Source: a virus
IMG/VR virus record: IMGVR_UViG_3300020061_000004
Coordinates: 59,281-123,280 of that record
Length of the DNA stretch: 64,000 nt
Direction: 5' to 3' (one strand)
Shown one piece after another: positions 38,206 through 48,645 of this stretch (position 1 is its first letter; each line of letters opens with the position of its first letter). The notes below the pieces were generated by a model, which did not search any database, had not been told where the DNA came from, and was given only the letters and a program-made list of their open reading frames with translations. Made by a program: the position numbers and the translations under genes.

Positions 38206-38562
38206 ATGGAAAACATCTGGCCTAGAAGGGTAGGAGTTACACAGGAGCAAGCAACTAAATTAAATTCTTTAATTCAAGAGTTTGCTCCTCTTTTTACAAA
38301 GTATTCTGAAGAAAATGGTATGTTGTTTAACACAAAAGAACCATATTCATACGCTTCAGGAATTCATTGGTTTGAATTTTGTTTTACTGTATTAGCACCA
38401 AATGTTGCTATACACTATACAAAACATCATATGGATAGTACACAAGGTTGGGCTAGAAGAATGATATTGCAGAAGCTAGCTCATGAAGTATTTATTAATA
38501 ATCCTATAGATACATTGTATTCTATATGGACTGATCCACAACTTTATAAACAAGGATTATGA
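38206..38562 (+). CDS. Hypothetical protein
   Basis: 118-aa ORF. Confidence 0.55.
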   Translation: MENIWPRRVGVTQEQATKLNSLIQEFAPLFTKYSEENGMLFNTKEPYSYASGIHWFEFCFTVLAPNVAIHYTKHHMDSTQGWARRMILQKLAHEVFINNPIDTLYSIWTDPQLYKQGL

Positions 38563-38744
38563 CAATATCAATTCCTATATTAGTAACTATTATCTTTATA
38601 ATAGCTTTAATAGTAACATTCTTTATTCTTAATCAGAGTGATGATTGTTTTGCGGGATTTTATCTTCTTGTTGTATGGCTTCTTGAAATATTAGGCTATG
38701 CAGTTTTTTGGATTATTTGGTTAGCTATTCATTATCATGCCTAA
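38559..38744 (+). CDS. Small two-pass membrane protein
   Basis: Two hydrophobic helices, ATGA overlap. Confidence 0.55.
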   Translation: MTISIPILVTIIFIIALIVTFFILNQSDDCFAGFYLLVVWLLEILGYAVFWIIWLAIHYHA

Positions 38745-39120
38745 GATTTGTAATGTTTGTAGTAATCCTGTCTTTGGCGGGGGGTATTGTAAATCACATC
38801 AATATCTAAGACAGGATAAGAAAGCGCCCAAACCCGTCACACATACTCCTATTAGTAGGATGAGCAAAAAACTGAGAAATAATACTCAGCAATATAACTT
38901 TCAGAGAGGTAAATATCTCGTACTGAATCCGTTATGTAAAGCGAGGATATCTATAAATTGCTCTCGTCAAGCTAATGATATTCATCACATAAAGGGACGA
39001 GGAATCTACCTTCTAAGAGAGGATACATGGCTACCAGTATGCAGAACATGCCACTATTGGATTGAAATGCATCCAAAAGAAGCAAAAGAATTAAATTTTT
39101 CACAATCAAGACTAAGTTAA
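38737..39120 (+). CDS. HNH-fold nuclease-like protein
   Basis: CKARISINC...DIHH...LPVCRTCH. Confidence 0.7.
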   Translation: MPKICNVCSNPVFGGGYCKSHQYLRQDKKAPKPVTHTPISRMSKKLRNNTQQYNFQRGKYLVLNPLCKARISINCSRQANDIHHIKGRGIYLLREDTWLPVCRTCHYWIEMHPKEAKELNFSQSRLS

Positions 39121-39680
39121 TGGATAAGCTTAAAGTATATCCGATTATGATCCCTACTACAGATATTTCATCTCCTTTATTCAAAGGAAGAAAGACGGGT
39201 ACAGTTGGATTGACGGGCGGTAGTCTATCAGGGGATCAGCATCTCTATTTAGTCTCTGACAGAGAGATAAAAGAAGGTGACTGCTATTACAATAGTATCA
39301 ACGGCAGAATATATAAGGATGCAGGTGCAGGGGTATATGATAAAATATTCAAGAAGGTAGAAGCAACCACCAATCTTTTATTAGGATTACCTATTATCCC
39401 TAAGTCATTTATTGAAGAGTATGTGCAGAAACAAGGGAAGATTGAGACTGTATACATTCAACAATATTTGTGGGAGGATAAAAGTAGATATACTCCAGAT
39501 ATAAGATATGGAGAAGTAATAATCCTCCCTGTAAAGGATAGCTGGAATAGAGAGGAGCACAAGAAAGGTGCCTTGGATGCAATTAATTGGTATATAGGTC
39601 TAAGGTGGCCGGGAAAAAATCTTGCTTTGACTTATCTCAATATACTAGACTTCAACGAATGGTTCGATAAAAACTATTAA
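39120..39680 (+). CDS. Hypothetical phage protein
   Basis: HLYLVSDREIKEGD motif. Confidence 0.6.
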   Translation: MDKLKVYPIMIPTTDISSPLFKGRKTGTVGLTGGSLSGDQHLYLVSDREIKEGDCYYNSINGRIYKDAGAGVYDKIFKKVEATTNLLLGLPIIPKSFIEEYVQKQGKIETVYIQQYLWEDKSRYTPDIRYGEVIILPVKDSWNREEHKKGALDAINWYIGLRWPGKNLALTYLNILDFNEWFDKNY

Positions 39681-39954
39681 ATAATGGTAAGAGAAAAACA
39701 ACCGGGAGAAATAGATATGTCTAAAGTTCCTGTTATAAAGACAGCTTTTCCTAAGCCAAAAGGCTTCATTCCTTCTACTCATCCTGAAGCATAATGAAAA
39801 TTATATCTCGTAATGGTAGCTCTGTTATCATCGAGAGAGATAATGGACAAATATGGTTAACTAGACGTAAAAAGCGTCGTCATGACAGTAGAAGAAGGGT
39901 TTTTAATAAAACCAATAAATCTTCAGTGATTTACATACCTATTAAACATTTATC

Positions 39955-40467
39955 ATGAAAACATATTTTGCTAAATATCTCCCAGTAGAAGGAGAAGTGA
40001 AAGAGGGGGATAAGTTTGTGGATAATTGGACTATAGATAAATCAGTTAGAACCTGTATCTCCTTTGGTAGTGTGAAGGGATTCATCGATCCTCTTATTAC
40101 TGATAGTAAACATTTACGTTCATCGCCTAAAAACACTAAAAAGGTACAACTCTTCCTCTGTAGTAGAGATATACAGGTTGGTGATAAAGCTTATTTAAGA
40201 CCAGATTTACAACTGGTTCCTACTAAAGTTACCTCTATAGGAGGTAGAGGAAGTGAAATGATTATACAAGGCGAAGATGGTACAGATTGTTATTTAGGAG
40301 AAGATAATTATTTTAAAGTAATAGGTCATATTTCTCTGGATGCTACATGGGTAAAAGATGGAGATAATTTTGAGGAAACCAGTATTAAAATACCTTCTCG
40401 TAATAATAAGTTTTGTAATCTCAATACTGACATCCTTATAAAGGGACCCTGTGGACATTTTCACTAA
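39955..40467 (+). CDS. Hypothetical phage protein
   Basis: EVKEGD and LFLCSRDIQVGD motifs. Confidence 0.6.
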   Translation: MKTYFAKYLPVEGEVKEGDKFVDNWTIDKSVRTCISFGSVKGFIDPLITDSKHLRSSPKNTKKVQLFLCSRDIQVGDKAYLRPDLQLVPTKVTSIGGRGSEMIIQGEDGTDCYLGEDNYFKVIGHISLDATWVKDGDNFEETSIKIPSRNNKFCNLNTDILIKGPCGHFH

Positions 40468-40476
40468 ATCTTATAT

Positions 40477-40860
40477 ATGGCGAAATTTCATCAATTATTA
40501 GATAAGAAGAATGGAACTATCACTTACAATAAAGAGAATGTAAAAAACATTCTTGATATATTATTTGATGGTCGCTATCTTGTTACTCTACAAAGAATTG
40601 ATCCTAAGAGTGATGTGAAGGATTATCGCCGCTGCTATTTTGCCAAGCTTGATGAGCTTGCAAGAGATGCTGGTGAAGATCGATATTCTCTTCATGCTAT
40701 TATTAAGGATCAGGTAATGCTTCCTATGATGGAAGAAACTCCTGAATTATTTGCCGATGGTGCAATTAGTACAGGCTCTTTAACCCTCGAAGGCTGGACT
40801 GTATTCATAGAACGATTCGATCTATGGTCTTTCACAGAGTACGGGATAATACTTCAATAA
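40477..40860 (+). CDS. Hypothetical protein, possibly NinB-like
   Basis: YFAKL...LHAIIK...STGSLT pattern. Confidence 0.45.
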   Translation: MAKFHQLLDKKNGTITYNKENVKNILDILFDGRYLVTLQRIDPKSDVKDYRRCYFAKLDELARDAGEDRYSLHAIIKDQVMLPMMEETPELFADGAISTGSLTLEGWTVFIERFDLWSFTEYGIILQ

Positions 40861-41321
40861 TGAATACAAAACAGTTTATCACAGAACTTAATAAGGTTGG
40901 TTATACTACAAATGTTAATCATCCAGCCTATATTGTAAAAATCGATGGAGCTGAAGATGAGGAATACAGCTTCGATTTTGATGTAGCAAATACAAACTTC
41001 TGCTGTGGTATGTATGAAATAGGAGATGTAAGTATTTCTGGAAAAAGTAATTTTAATGTTGTTTTTTCATCAAGAAAGAAAGAAGATAAAAATCTCATCC
41101 GAGCTCTTGTTTTACTTATATCTTTCCAAATACTGAATGATATAGGTATTAATAAGAAAGGAAAAACTCCTCAATCATATCAATATATCTTTACAGGAAA
41201 TGGACTACCTGTATCAAAGTTAGTTGGTATGGGACTTCTCCATACTGGAAGATTCAAAGAAGTATGTAAAAGTATTAATCCTGGGAGTAAACGTGAACTC
41301 ACTACATACATTGGTGTATAG
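40860..41321 (+). CDS. Hypothetical protein (start MNTKQF)
   Basis: TAATG coupling; FCCGMYEIG motif. Confidence 0.55.
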   Translation: MNTKQFITELNKVGYTTNVNHPAYIVKIDGAEDEEYSFDFDVANTNFCCGMYEIGDVSISGKSNFNVVFSSRKKEDKNLIRALVLLISFQILNDIGINKKGKTPQSYQYIFTGNGLPVSKLVGMGLLHTGRFKEVCKSINPGSKRELTTYIGV

Positions 41322-41347
41322 AATTTATAATAATTTTTAAACTTAAA

Positions 41348-41379
41348 TTTGGAGGAACCTATGCTATTTAGTATTTTTG
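41348..41379 (+). promoter_or_regulatory. Bacteroidota-type promoter of the DNA polymerase gene
   Basis: TTTGG...TATTTTTG just before ATG 41383. Confidence 0.7.
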
Positions 41380-41382
41380 CAG

Positions 41383-43368
41383 ATGGCTAATCAGGAACGT
41401 TACACAGTATATGATCTTGAAACTCTCTGTAATCTAATTACAGGTTGTTTTATGGATTGGGAGACCAAAAAGCGTAAACAGTTTATTATACATGAATCTC
41501 AGAATGATTTTGAAGAACTATATAAGTTCTTATGTGCTCTACAAGAGCATAGATATTATCTGGTAGGATATAATAATCTGGACTTTGACTCTCAGGTGAT
41601 TCACTTTATAATGGTGAATTATAAGAGTCTTAGGAAGCTTAATGGCGAAGAACTAGCTAAAGTACTTTATACTAAAGCACAGGAAGTGTTACAGACTCGT
41701 GAAGAAGAACGTTATTTAAATAATGTTCCAGAATACAAGCTGTCTCACTTACAATTAGATGTTTATAAGCAAAAGCACTATGATGGTAAAGCTAAACGTA
41801 CTAGCCTGAAATGGCTAGAGTTCACCATGAGAATGCCTAATATTGAGGAAATGCCTATTGCTCACGACATGCCTGTCACAAAAGAGCAAATCCCCGGTAT
41901 TCTCGCATATAACTGGAATGACGTAGAAGCAACTTTAGAATTCTTTATTCGCAATAAATTTGAGACCGATCTACGTCTAAAATTATCAGGGCAGTTTAAT
42001 ATCAATCTTCTCAACGCCTCTGAGCCACGTATGGCTAGAGAAATATTAGCTAAGCTATTAGCAGAAGATATGGGTATTCCACTGCGGGATTTAAAAGATA
42101 AGAAGACTTTCCGTAAGGAAATACATCTAGGCAAGTGCATCATACCAATAGTGAAGTTTGAGGATCAAGCATTCAAGGATTTGCATACTTTTTTCAAGAA
42201 GACAACAGTAAATGCCTTAAACACTAAAGAGTGTTTTAAATATCCCGTAAGATATAAAGGTATAGATATTGAGTATGGTGTAGGAGGTGTACATGGAACT
42301 AGTGGAAGTGGAGTATATACCTCTGATGAAGACTATGTAATATGGACAGTGGATGTGAAGTCTTTTTATCCGAATATGATCATTAATTACGGATTTACGC
42401 CCGCACACCTTGGGCAGAGTTTCTCCAATAGATATAGATGGTTCTATACTGAACGTAGTAAATACGGTAAGAAAGACCCCATCAATTACATCTATAAAAT
42501 TATTCTTAATAGTACATATGGTCTGTCCAATGATAAAAACTCTTTCTTGTATGACACGCTTGTCACAATGAAGACTACTATCAATGGCCAGCTACTCCTT
42601 AGTATGCTAGCAGAAAGCTTATCGGGAATCCCAGACAGCCAGCTTATTATGATGAATACAGATGGTTTAGAAATAAGATTTCCAAGAAAGTATGAGGCCC
42701 TACTGACTGAACGCTGTAAAGCGTGGGAAACACTTACTAAACTTGAACTAGAGTATGACCAGTATGACAAGATTATTTTAGCAGATGTAAATAACTATAT
42801 TGGAATTTTCAGCAAAAGGAAAGCAAAAACTCAAGAAGAATGGCTTAATCTGAAAAAAACAGAACCCTACTATGTGTTTGAACAGGATGGTGAAGACTAT
42901 TACTATTCACCTACAAAGCTAAAGGGACGATTCGAGATTAAGATGGATTGGCATAAGAATCCTAGTGGTATAATCATCACTCAGGCAGTCTTCAACGAAC
43001 TTGTACGGGGTATTCCCGTTAAGGAAACGATTGAAGCAGGTGACAATATTCTTGATTTTTGCTATGGTGTCAAAAAGAAATATGATTTTAACCTCATTCT
43101 CCACAGAGTAGCATTTGGCGAACATCTTCGCGAAACACAGCAAAAGGTGACTCGCTATTATATGTCGAATAAGGGAGGTAAACTTGTAAAAGAGTATCAT
43201 GATGGTAGAATCGTATCAGTGAGTGCTTCCACTCCAGTGACACCGCTGAACCGTATTAATGACAATTCAATCCCTGATAATTTAGATCGTAGTTTCTATA
43301 TCGCAGAAGCGAATAAGGAAATTCAAAGTGTTATCGGACATAAGAGCACACAATTAGTAATGTTCTAA
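41383..43368 (+). CDS. polB: Family B DNA polymerase
   Basis: Exonuclease YDLET, GYNNLDFD, YNWND; polymerase DVKSFYPN, KIILNSTYG, NTDG. Confidence 0.9.
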   Translation: MANQERYTVYDLETLCNLITGCFMDWETKKRKQFIIHESQNDFEELYKFLCALQEHRYYLVGYNNLDFDSQVIHFIMVNYKSLRKLNGEELAKVLYTKAQEVLQTREEERYLNNVPEYKLSHLQLDVYKQKHYDGKAKRTSLKWLEFTMRMPNIEEMPIAHDMPVTKEQIPGILAYNWNDVEATLEFFIRNKFETDLRLKLSGQFNINLLNASEPRMAREILAKLLAEDMGIPLRDLKDKKTFRKEIHLGKCIIPIVKFEDQAFKDLHTFFKKTTVNALNTKECFKYPVRYKGIDIEYGVGGVHGTSGSGVYTSDEDYVIWTVDVKSFYPNMIINYGFTPAHLGQSFSNRYRWFYTERSKYGKKDPINYIYKIILNSTYGLSNDKNSFLYDTLVTMKTTINGQLLLSMLAESLSGIPDSQLIMMNTDGLEIRFPRKYEALLTERCKAWETLTKLELEYDQYDKIILADVNNYIGIFSKRKAKTQEEWLNLKKTEPYYVFEQDGEDYYYSPTKLKGRFEIKMDWHKNPSGIIITQAVFNELVRGIPVKETIEAGDNILDFCYGVKKKYDFNLILHRVAFGEHLRETQQKVTRYYMSNKGGKLVKEYHDGRIVSVSASTPVTPLNRINDNSIPDNLDRSFYIAEANKEIQSVIGHKSTQLVMF

Positions 43369-43479
43369 AGGCCACAAATGACACAACTATTAAATAGTGT
43401 AAACAAGCTCCGCAACAATATTGTCCTCTAGCGAGCTTTGATAATATCATCAGTTTACGTTGTAAAATGTATACTATTG

Positions 43480-44607
43480 ATGATCAATGAGGAGCGGCGA
43501 AAGCTGCAAATGGAAGCTCTACAAGCCCTGAGAAGTAATGACTTCCGGGGCATTGTTATCTTACCTACTGGAACAGGCAAAAGTTATGTTTTAATTGAAG
43601 CTCTAAAAGAGCTATATCAACCGGGCATGAGTATATTATATACTTGTGACAGTATACGTTTAAGAGACATTGATTTTGATAAAGAACTTCAGAAGTGGGA
43701 TGCTCAAGAGTATTCTGAATTAATGGAAAAGGAATGTTATGCTACAGCATACAAATATGGAGGAAAGCATTATAACATCTTGTTAGCAGATGAAGGTGAT
43801 TATGGACTTACTCCTTCCTATTCCAAACTATTCACAGAGAATACATTTGATCATATTATATTTGTTAGTGCAACCCTTGATAAGAAGAAGCGAAAACTCG
43901 CTGAAAGTATAGTACCAATTGTGTACGAGAAGAAGATCGATGAGATCGAAGAAAAGGGTGTAATTAATAAATGTGATATATTCTATGTTCCCTACCTTCT
44001 AAACAAGGAGGAGAACGACCAATATCTGAAATTCAATCAACGTTTTCATCATCTTCTACAAGACATGAATCCTGCTAATCAAAAAAGATTAGAGTTTTTA
44101 ACCTTCGAAAGATTACATTTTCTTGCTGGATTGAAAAGTTCTGCGTACATTTGTAGAGAATTAATGAAAGATTTGTATTCAAAAGATGCAAATACTAAAA
44201 TGTTAATTTTCTGTGGTAGTACAGAGCAAGCGGATAATGTATGTAAATACTCCTATCATACTAAGTCAGAGACAGACTGGTTGGATATCTTCAACAAAGG
44301 AGAAATTCCTGCCTTAGCAGTATGTGGAAAGGTAGATAGAGGTATTAATCTGGAAGGTGTAAATACTATCATCATGGAATTCACCACAGCAAGTGAGACC
44401 AAGATGATTCAGAAGAGTGGACGAGGTAGAAGATTGAAGGTGGGAGAAGTATTAAGATTATTCTTCTTGCTTCCATACTACAAGCAGATGAAAACGAATA
44501 AGATGCAGCAATATCCTACAATAGTTCTTGATAAGATCAAGAAGGCTTGTAAGAACATCGGCATCGAGAATGCAAAAACGTATATTTTAAAACTGGAAAA
44601 TGGCTAA
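43480..44607 (+). CDS. Superfamily 2 helicase
   Basis: PTGTGKS, DEGD, SAT, RGINL, QKSGRGRR. Confidence 0.85.
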   Translation: MINEERRKLQMEALQALRSNDFRGIVILPTGTGKSYVLIEALKELYQPGMSILYTCDSIRLRDIDFDKELQKWDAQEYSELMEKECYATAYKYGGKHYNILLADEGDYGLTPSYSKLFTENTFDHIIFVSATLDKKKRKLAESIVPIVYEKKIDEIEEKGVINKCDIFYVPYLLNKEENDQYLKFNQRFHHLLQDMNPANQKRLEFLTFERLHFLAGLKSSAYICRELMKDLYSKDANTKMLIFCGSTEQADNVCKYSYHTKSETDWLDIFNKGEIPALAVCGKVDRGINLEGVNTIIMEFTTASETKMIQKSGRGRRLKVGEVLRLFFLLPYYKQMKTNKMQQYPTIVLDKIKKACKNIGIENAKTYILKLENG

Positions 44608-45331
44608 CTTAGAGATTCAATTAAACGCTAGCATTATTAAAAAAGTTAAATCGCTAAACTTTCAGGTAGATCAGATTGGGTCTGTACTGTTTATTCTTTT
44701 TGCTCTATATGAAGATAGAATCGATTTGTTAGATGCATTTGATGACTTCAATAGGCAGAAGCGTGCATTCCTCTTATATACAGAGTTGCAGAATAGGGAC
44801 TTAGTACAGTATAACAGTGATACCGATAAGGATAGCCCATTCTACATACTCACCAAAGCAGGAATTGAATTTGTTGAATATGTAAAATCTGAATTTGCTA
44901 ATACCTATCAGCAAGTGGATAGTGCTAAAATAGCGGTGACAGGTATTGAAGAAGACCAGCTTAGCAAAGTAGTTAATCCCGATGATCTTGACGTTTGGAT
45001 TGATGAATGGATAGATATTTTTCCAAGGGGCGTGAAGTCAGGTGGTCGTCTTATCAGAGGAGATAAACAATCATGTTTACGCAAAATGCGCGTATTCATG
45101 AAAGAATATCAGTATGATAAACAGACCATCCTCAACGCTACCAGAAAATATATCGAATCTAAAAAAGCTGAAGGTTTTCAATACACAAGATGCGCCGTCT
45201 ATTTTATATATCGTGTAGATAGCTCTCAGAAAGATAAAGTTTCTGATCTAGCTTCATGGTGTGATCAATCTATTCACGAAGCATCAGAAGGTCCACAGAA
45301 TACTAGTAATAACCTCGAAATCATGGCATAA
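44600..45331 (+). CDS. Hypothetical replication protein (initiator/loader-like)
   Basis: Coupled to DnaB; N-terminal winged-helix-like segment. Confidence 0.45.
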   Translation: MANLEIQLNASIIKKVKSLNFQVDQIGSVLFILFALYEDRIDLLDAFDDFNRQKRAFLLYTELQNRDLVQYNSDTDKDSPFYILTKAGIEFVEYVKSEFANTYQQVDSAKIAVTGIEEDQLSKVVNPDDLDVWIDEWIDIFPRGVKSGGRLIRGDKQSCLRKMRVFMKEYQYDKQTILNATRKYIESKKAEGFQYTRCAVYFIYRVDSSQKDKVSDLASWCDQSIHEASEGPQNTSNNLEIMA

Positions 45332-46452
45332 TGAATCTGTTTGACTCAACTCTTAGTAACATCGAACAGAAAGCCGAGATTAAGAGGGTTGGTGGCTTTA
45401 ACGGCATTCCCTATCCATATCCAAGACTTGCAGAATATGTTCCAAGTATTGATAGAGAAACTGTTATTGGACTCACTTCTTATACTGGGGCAGCAAAATC
45501 GAAGTTTTTACGGTATACCTATGTAATGCATCCTTATGAGTTCTCTTTAATTAATGATTATAATGTTCTTATAGATTATTATTCTCTGGAAGATAGTGCA
45601 ATGAAGGTATATAAAAATATCCTTTGTCACTATCTATTCATGAAGAGTAAAATACGTGTGTCTACATTTGATCTTGATAGTAAGTTTAAAGCTCTTCCTG
45701 CTGATGTGATGAAGCACTTGAAAGGTGCTGAAAAGTACATGCAGGATTTTAGTAATAAAGTACGAATCAAGGATGGATTAACACGTCCCTTTGCTATCTA
45801 TACGGATGTTTTAAAGACAGCAGCAGAACTAGGTGAAGTAGTTACTAAAGAAGTTGAGTGGGGAGGAGAGAAACGTCAGCAGATCGTAGACTTTAAACCA
45901 AAGGATAATACCCATTGGATATTGCTCTGCGATAACTTGAATAATATAGATAAAGAGAAGCAACATCACGATAAGAAAGAAGCTATGGATAGCTTTGTTC
46001 AACGTGATTGTAGACTTATCTTTTCTAAAATATTCAAGATGACTTGTGTAATCGTTCATCAACAGGCATTAGAAGCTGAAAGACAACAATTTACAAACAC
46101 CGGAGGAAGTATCCTTGAAAAGATTATGCCATCATTAGCAAATCTAGGAGGAACCAAAGAGGTTGTAAGAAGTTATCATCTAGTATTTTCACTGTTTAAT
46201 CCACATAAATTTAAAGTAGAGAACTATAAGGGATATAACGTAAGTCATATCTCCAACAATTTTAGAGAACTTCAGGTATTAAAGAATAATGATGGCTTTG
46301 ACAATGTGTCAGTTCCATTATATTTCGATGGTGCTGCTGAGTTCTTTAGAGAAATTCCACATGCTGATAAACAAAAAGAGGAACTGCAAAAGTTCTATGA
46401 TTGGTTGACAGAAGAACGCCTCAAACAGAAAAATAAAATTCTATTATTCTAA
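45331..46452 (+). CDS. dnaB: DnaB-like replicative helicase
   Basis: GIPYPY, variant Walker A SYTGAAKS, YSLED, LLCDNL, VHQQ, VLKNNDG. Confidence 0.7.
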   Translation: MNLFDSTLSNIEQKAEIKRVGGFNGIPYPYPRLAEYVPSIDRETVIGLTSYTGAAKSKFLRYTYVMHPYEFSLINDYNVLIDYYSLEDSAMKVYKNILCHYLFMKSKIRVSTFDLDSKFKALPADVMKHLKGAEKYMQDFSNKVRIKDGLTRPFAIYTDVLKTAAELGEVVTKEVEWGGEKRQQIVDFKPKDNTHWILLCDNLNNIDKEKQHHDKKEAMDSFVQRDCRLIFSKIFKMTCVIVHQQALEAERQQFTNTGGSILEKIMPSLANLGGTKEVVRSYHLVFSLFNPHKFKVENYKGYNVSHISNNFRELQVLKNNDGFDNVSVPLYFDGAAEFFREIPHADKQKEELQKFYDWLTEERLKQKNKILLF

Positions 46453-46462
46453 AACTTTTCAA

Positions 46463-46942
46463 GTGAAAAAATATTATTTCGCATACGGTTCCAACCTTGA
46501 TCAAAACCGGTTGGAAGCAAGGGTTGGAAAAGTAGTTAATCTAGGAGTCCATACATTATATGGATATAGGTTATCATTCAACGCTGGATTTGAAATGAGT
46601 CAACATGCATTTGCTAATCTTATTCCCACAGGTAGTATGAAAGATAGTGTCGAGGGAGTAGTATATCAAATGTCTATGATGCAAATCAAACTGCTTGATA
46701 ATTGTGAGGTTGCTCCTCATCTCTATACCCGCTGTATTCACTATTATAAGGATAAAGACTTACAGGTATATATATCCTTTAATCCTGCCTATACTGGGAA
46801 AGGACATCAAGGTGTTATACCCACTCAGGAATATATGCGTTTTGTAGTAGATGGAGCATTCAAAAATAATGTTAAATCCACTTTGGATATTATTACAACA
46901 GAATATCCACGTCTTTGGAACAAGTTAATGAATAAAAAATAA
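46463..46942 (+). CDS. Gamma-glutamylcyclotransferase family protein
   Basis: YFAYGSNL, GYRLSF, VEGVVY, LDNCE. Confidence 0.8.
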   Translation: MKKYYFAYGSNLDQNRLEARVGKVVNLGVHTLYGYRLSFNAGFEMSQHAFANLIPTGSMKDSVEGVVYQMSMMQIKLLDNCEVAPHLYTRCIHYYKDKDLQVYISFNPAYTGKGHQGVIPTQEYMRFVVDGAFKNNVKSTLDIITTEYPRLWNKLMNKK

Positions 46943-47005
46943 AAGTAACAATTATGTTGATTGTTTATCAGTTTTTGCATATCTTTGTAAAAACTAAACA
47001 TCAAT

Positions 47006-47725
47006 ATGTCAAGAGTTGCGCTTATTTTAGGTGAAGCTGGAGCAGGTAAATCTACTTCAGTTCGTACCTTAAACCCTAAAGAAACTTTCGTTATTAACTC
47101 TTTAGGTAAGGACCTTCCTTTTAAAGGATCAGGCAAGCTGTATACATATTGGGATAAAGACAAGAATCCCAATGGTAATATGGTGAAGACTACAGCAGGA
47201 GCTGCTGTTATACAATGGTTACAATTTATCGATCAGAAACGTCCCGAAATCAAGAACATCATTATAGATGACAATACCCATCAGTCTTCTATGGAATACA
47301 TCCGTAGAATACGCGAAACAACATGGGATAAGTTCAATGATATCGCGTACAATATGGTGACAATTGTTAATCTTTGTGGCTCATTACGTGATGATCTTAC
47401 TGTATTTATTATGCACCATGTCACTACAGAAGGTGATGGTATATTAACAGATAAGAAAGTCAAAGCACAAACATTAGGTAAACTCGTAGATCAAAAGCTT
47501 TCCTCTTTTGAATCATTCTTCACTATTGTATTCCTTGCTGAAAAAAGTAAGACTGATACAGGTGACGTAGAACATTATTTCTTGACGAGAGATGCTAATT
47601 CAACAGCAAAAACACCCAATGGGATGTTTGAAGACCAGAAAATACCGAATGATTTAGCCTATATAAAAAAGGCAATTGAAGGGTATTATAATGGAGAAGT
47701 AGAAACAAAACAAGAAAATAAGTAA
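47006..47725 (+). CDS. AAA_24/Sak4-like ATPase
   Basis: GEAGAGKST, IIIDD, TAKTPNGMF. Confidence 0.8.
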   Translation: MSRVALILGEAGAGKSTSVRTLNPKETFVINSLGKDLPFKGSGKLYTYWDKDKNPNGNMVKTTAGAAVIQWLQFIDQKRPEIKNIIIDDNTHQSSMEYIRRIRETTWDKFNDIAYNMVTIVNLCGSLRDDLTVFIMHHVTTEGDGILTDKKVKAQTLGKLVDQKLSSFESFFTIVFLAEKSKTDTGDVEHYFLTRDANSTAKTPNGMFEDQKIPNDLAYIKKAIEGYYNGEVETKQENK

Positions 47726-47727
47726 GA

Positions 47728-48303
47728 ATGTACAACGAAGAAGCAATTGATTTTGGTAGTGTATCTGCTGCCGCAGAAAGTAAGTTCCTTGAGCCTGGTA
47801 TGTATCGGTTGAAGTTTGACAAGGAGGGTATTGTGCTATTCACACCGGATGGCAAAACACCATATCTGTCTGCTCGCCTGTATAGTCAGGATGGAGGAGC
47901 TATTAATGAGAAGTTTTTCCTCACTGCAAAAGCCCTACCAAGGTTGCAGTATTTGCATGAAGCATTGCTTGATAAGAAGCTGGATAAGAAATTTACCAGT
48001 TTTATTCAGGTAGGAGAATATTTCAAAGCGGTGTTGAGTGCTCTCACCAAGTCTTATCCTGTAGTAACAGCCGGTAAGATTACTCCTGACGGTAAGTTCT
48101 ATAGTGGTCTTCCTTATACAGGATTTATTGTTAAAGATGAATCCTTGTTTGAAGAAGGACCTTTCGACAAAGACAGTGACCAGTACAAGCGTTTGGTAAA
48201 GGTTGAAAAGCCTAATCCTATGGTTGCAGGAACTGATAGTAGTATTCTCCCTGAAATGGGTGGTCCTTCTATGCCTGTAGCTGGTGGTCCTACGCCTTGG
48301 TAA
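47728..48303 (+). CDS. Putative single-stranded DNA-binding protein
   Basis: Follows the Sak4-like ATPase; LEPGMY start, flexible tail ending PW; biased codons. Confidence 0.55.
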   Translation: MYNEEAIDFGSVSAAAESKFLEPGMYRLKFDKEGIVLFTPDGKTPYLSARLYSQDGGAINEKFFLTAKALPRLQYLHEALLDKKLDKKFTSFIQVGEYFKAVLSALTKSYPVVTAGKITPDGKFYSGLPYTGFIVKDESLFEEGPFDKDSDQYKRLVKVEKPNPMVAGTDSSILPEMGGPSMPVAGGPTPW

Positions 48304-48384
48304 GATTAAAATTTTAGGCGCGAGTTTTAGTTTATGAAGCCCCTTGCATTCGTGTAAGGGGCTATTTTTTAAAACCATCTTGTT

Positions 48385-48645
48385 ATGCAACTATACAACA
48401 ATCGTATAACAGTTCCACAAGCAAAAGTGTTAATAACTCAATTGCCACTTAGTGGAAGATTTACAAAGGATCATATCTTTATGTTAGCTGCTAAGAGGAA
48501 TAACTATATCTTTGGATATAAACTTAGAGAATGTGTAACAAAAGCACTCAAAGAGTTGGTAATTGAGGGAAGTATGACTGAAAGCTATGGACAACTGAAG
48601 AAAAGTGATGGAAGCATAACAGAAACCTTTTATAGTTGGAAATAG
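48385..48645 (+). CDS. Hypothetical protein
   Basis: 86-aa ORF. Confidence 0.5.
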   Translation: MQLYNNRITVPQAKVLITQLPLSGRFTKDHIFMLAAKRNNYIFGYKLRECVTKALKELVIEGSMTESYGQLKKSDGSITETFYSWK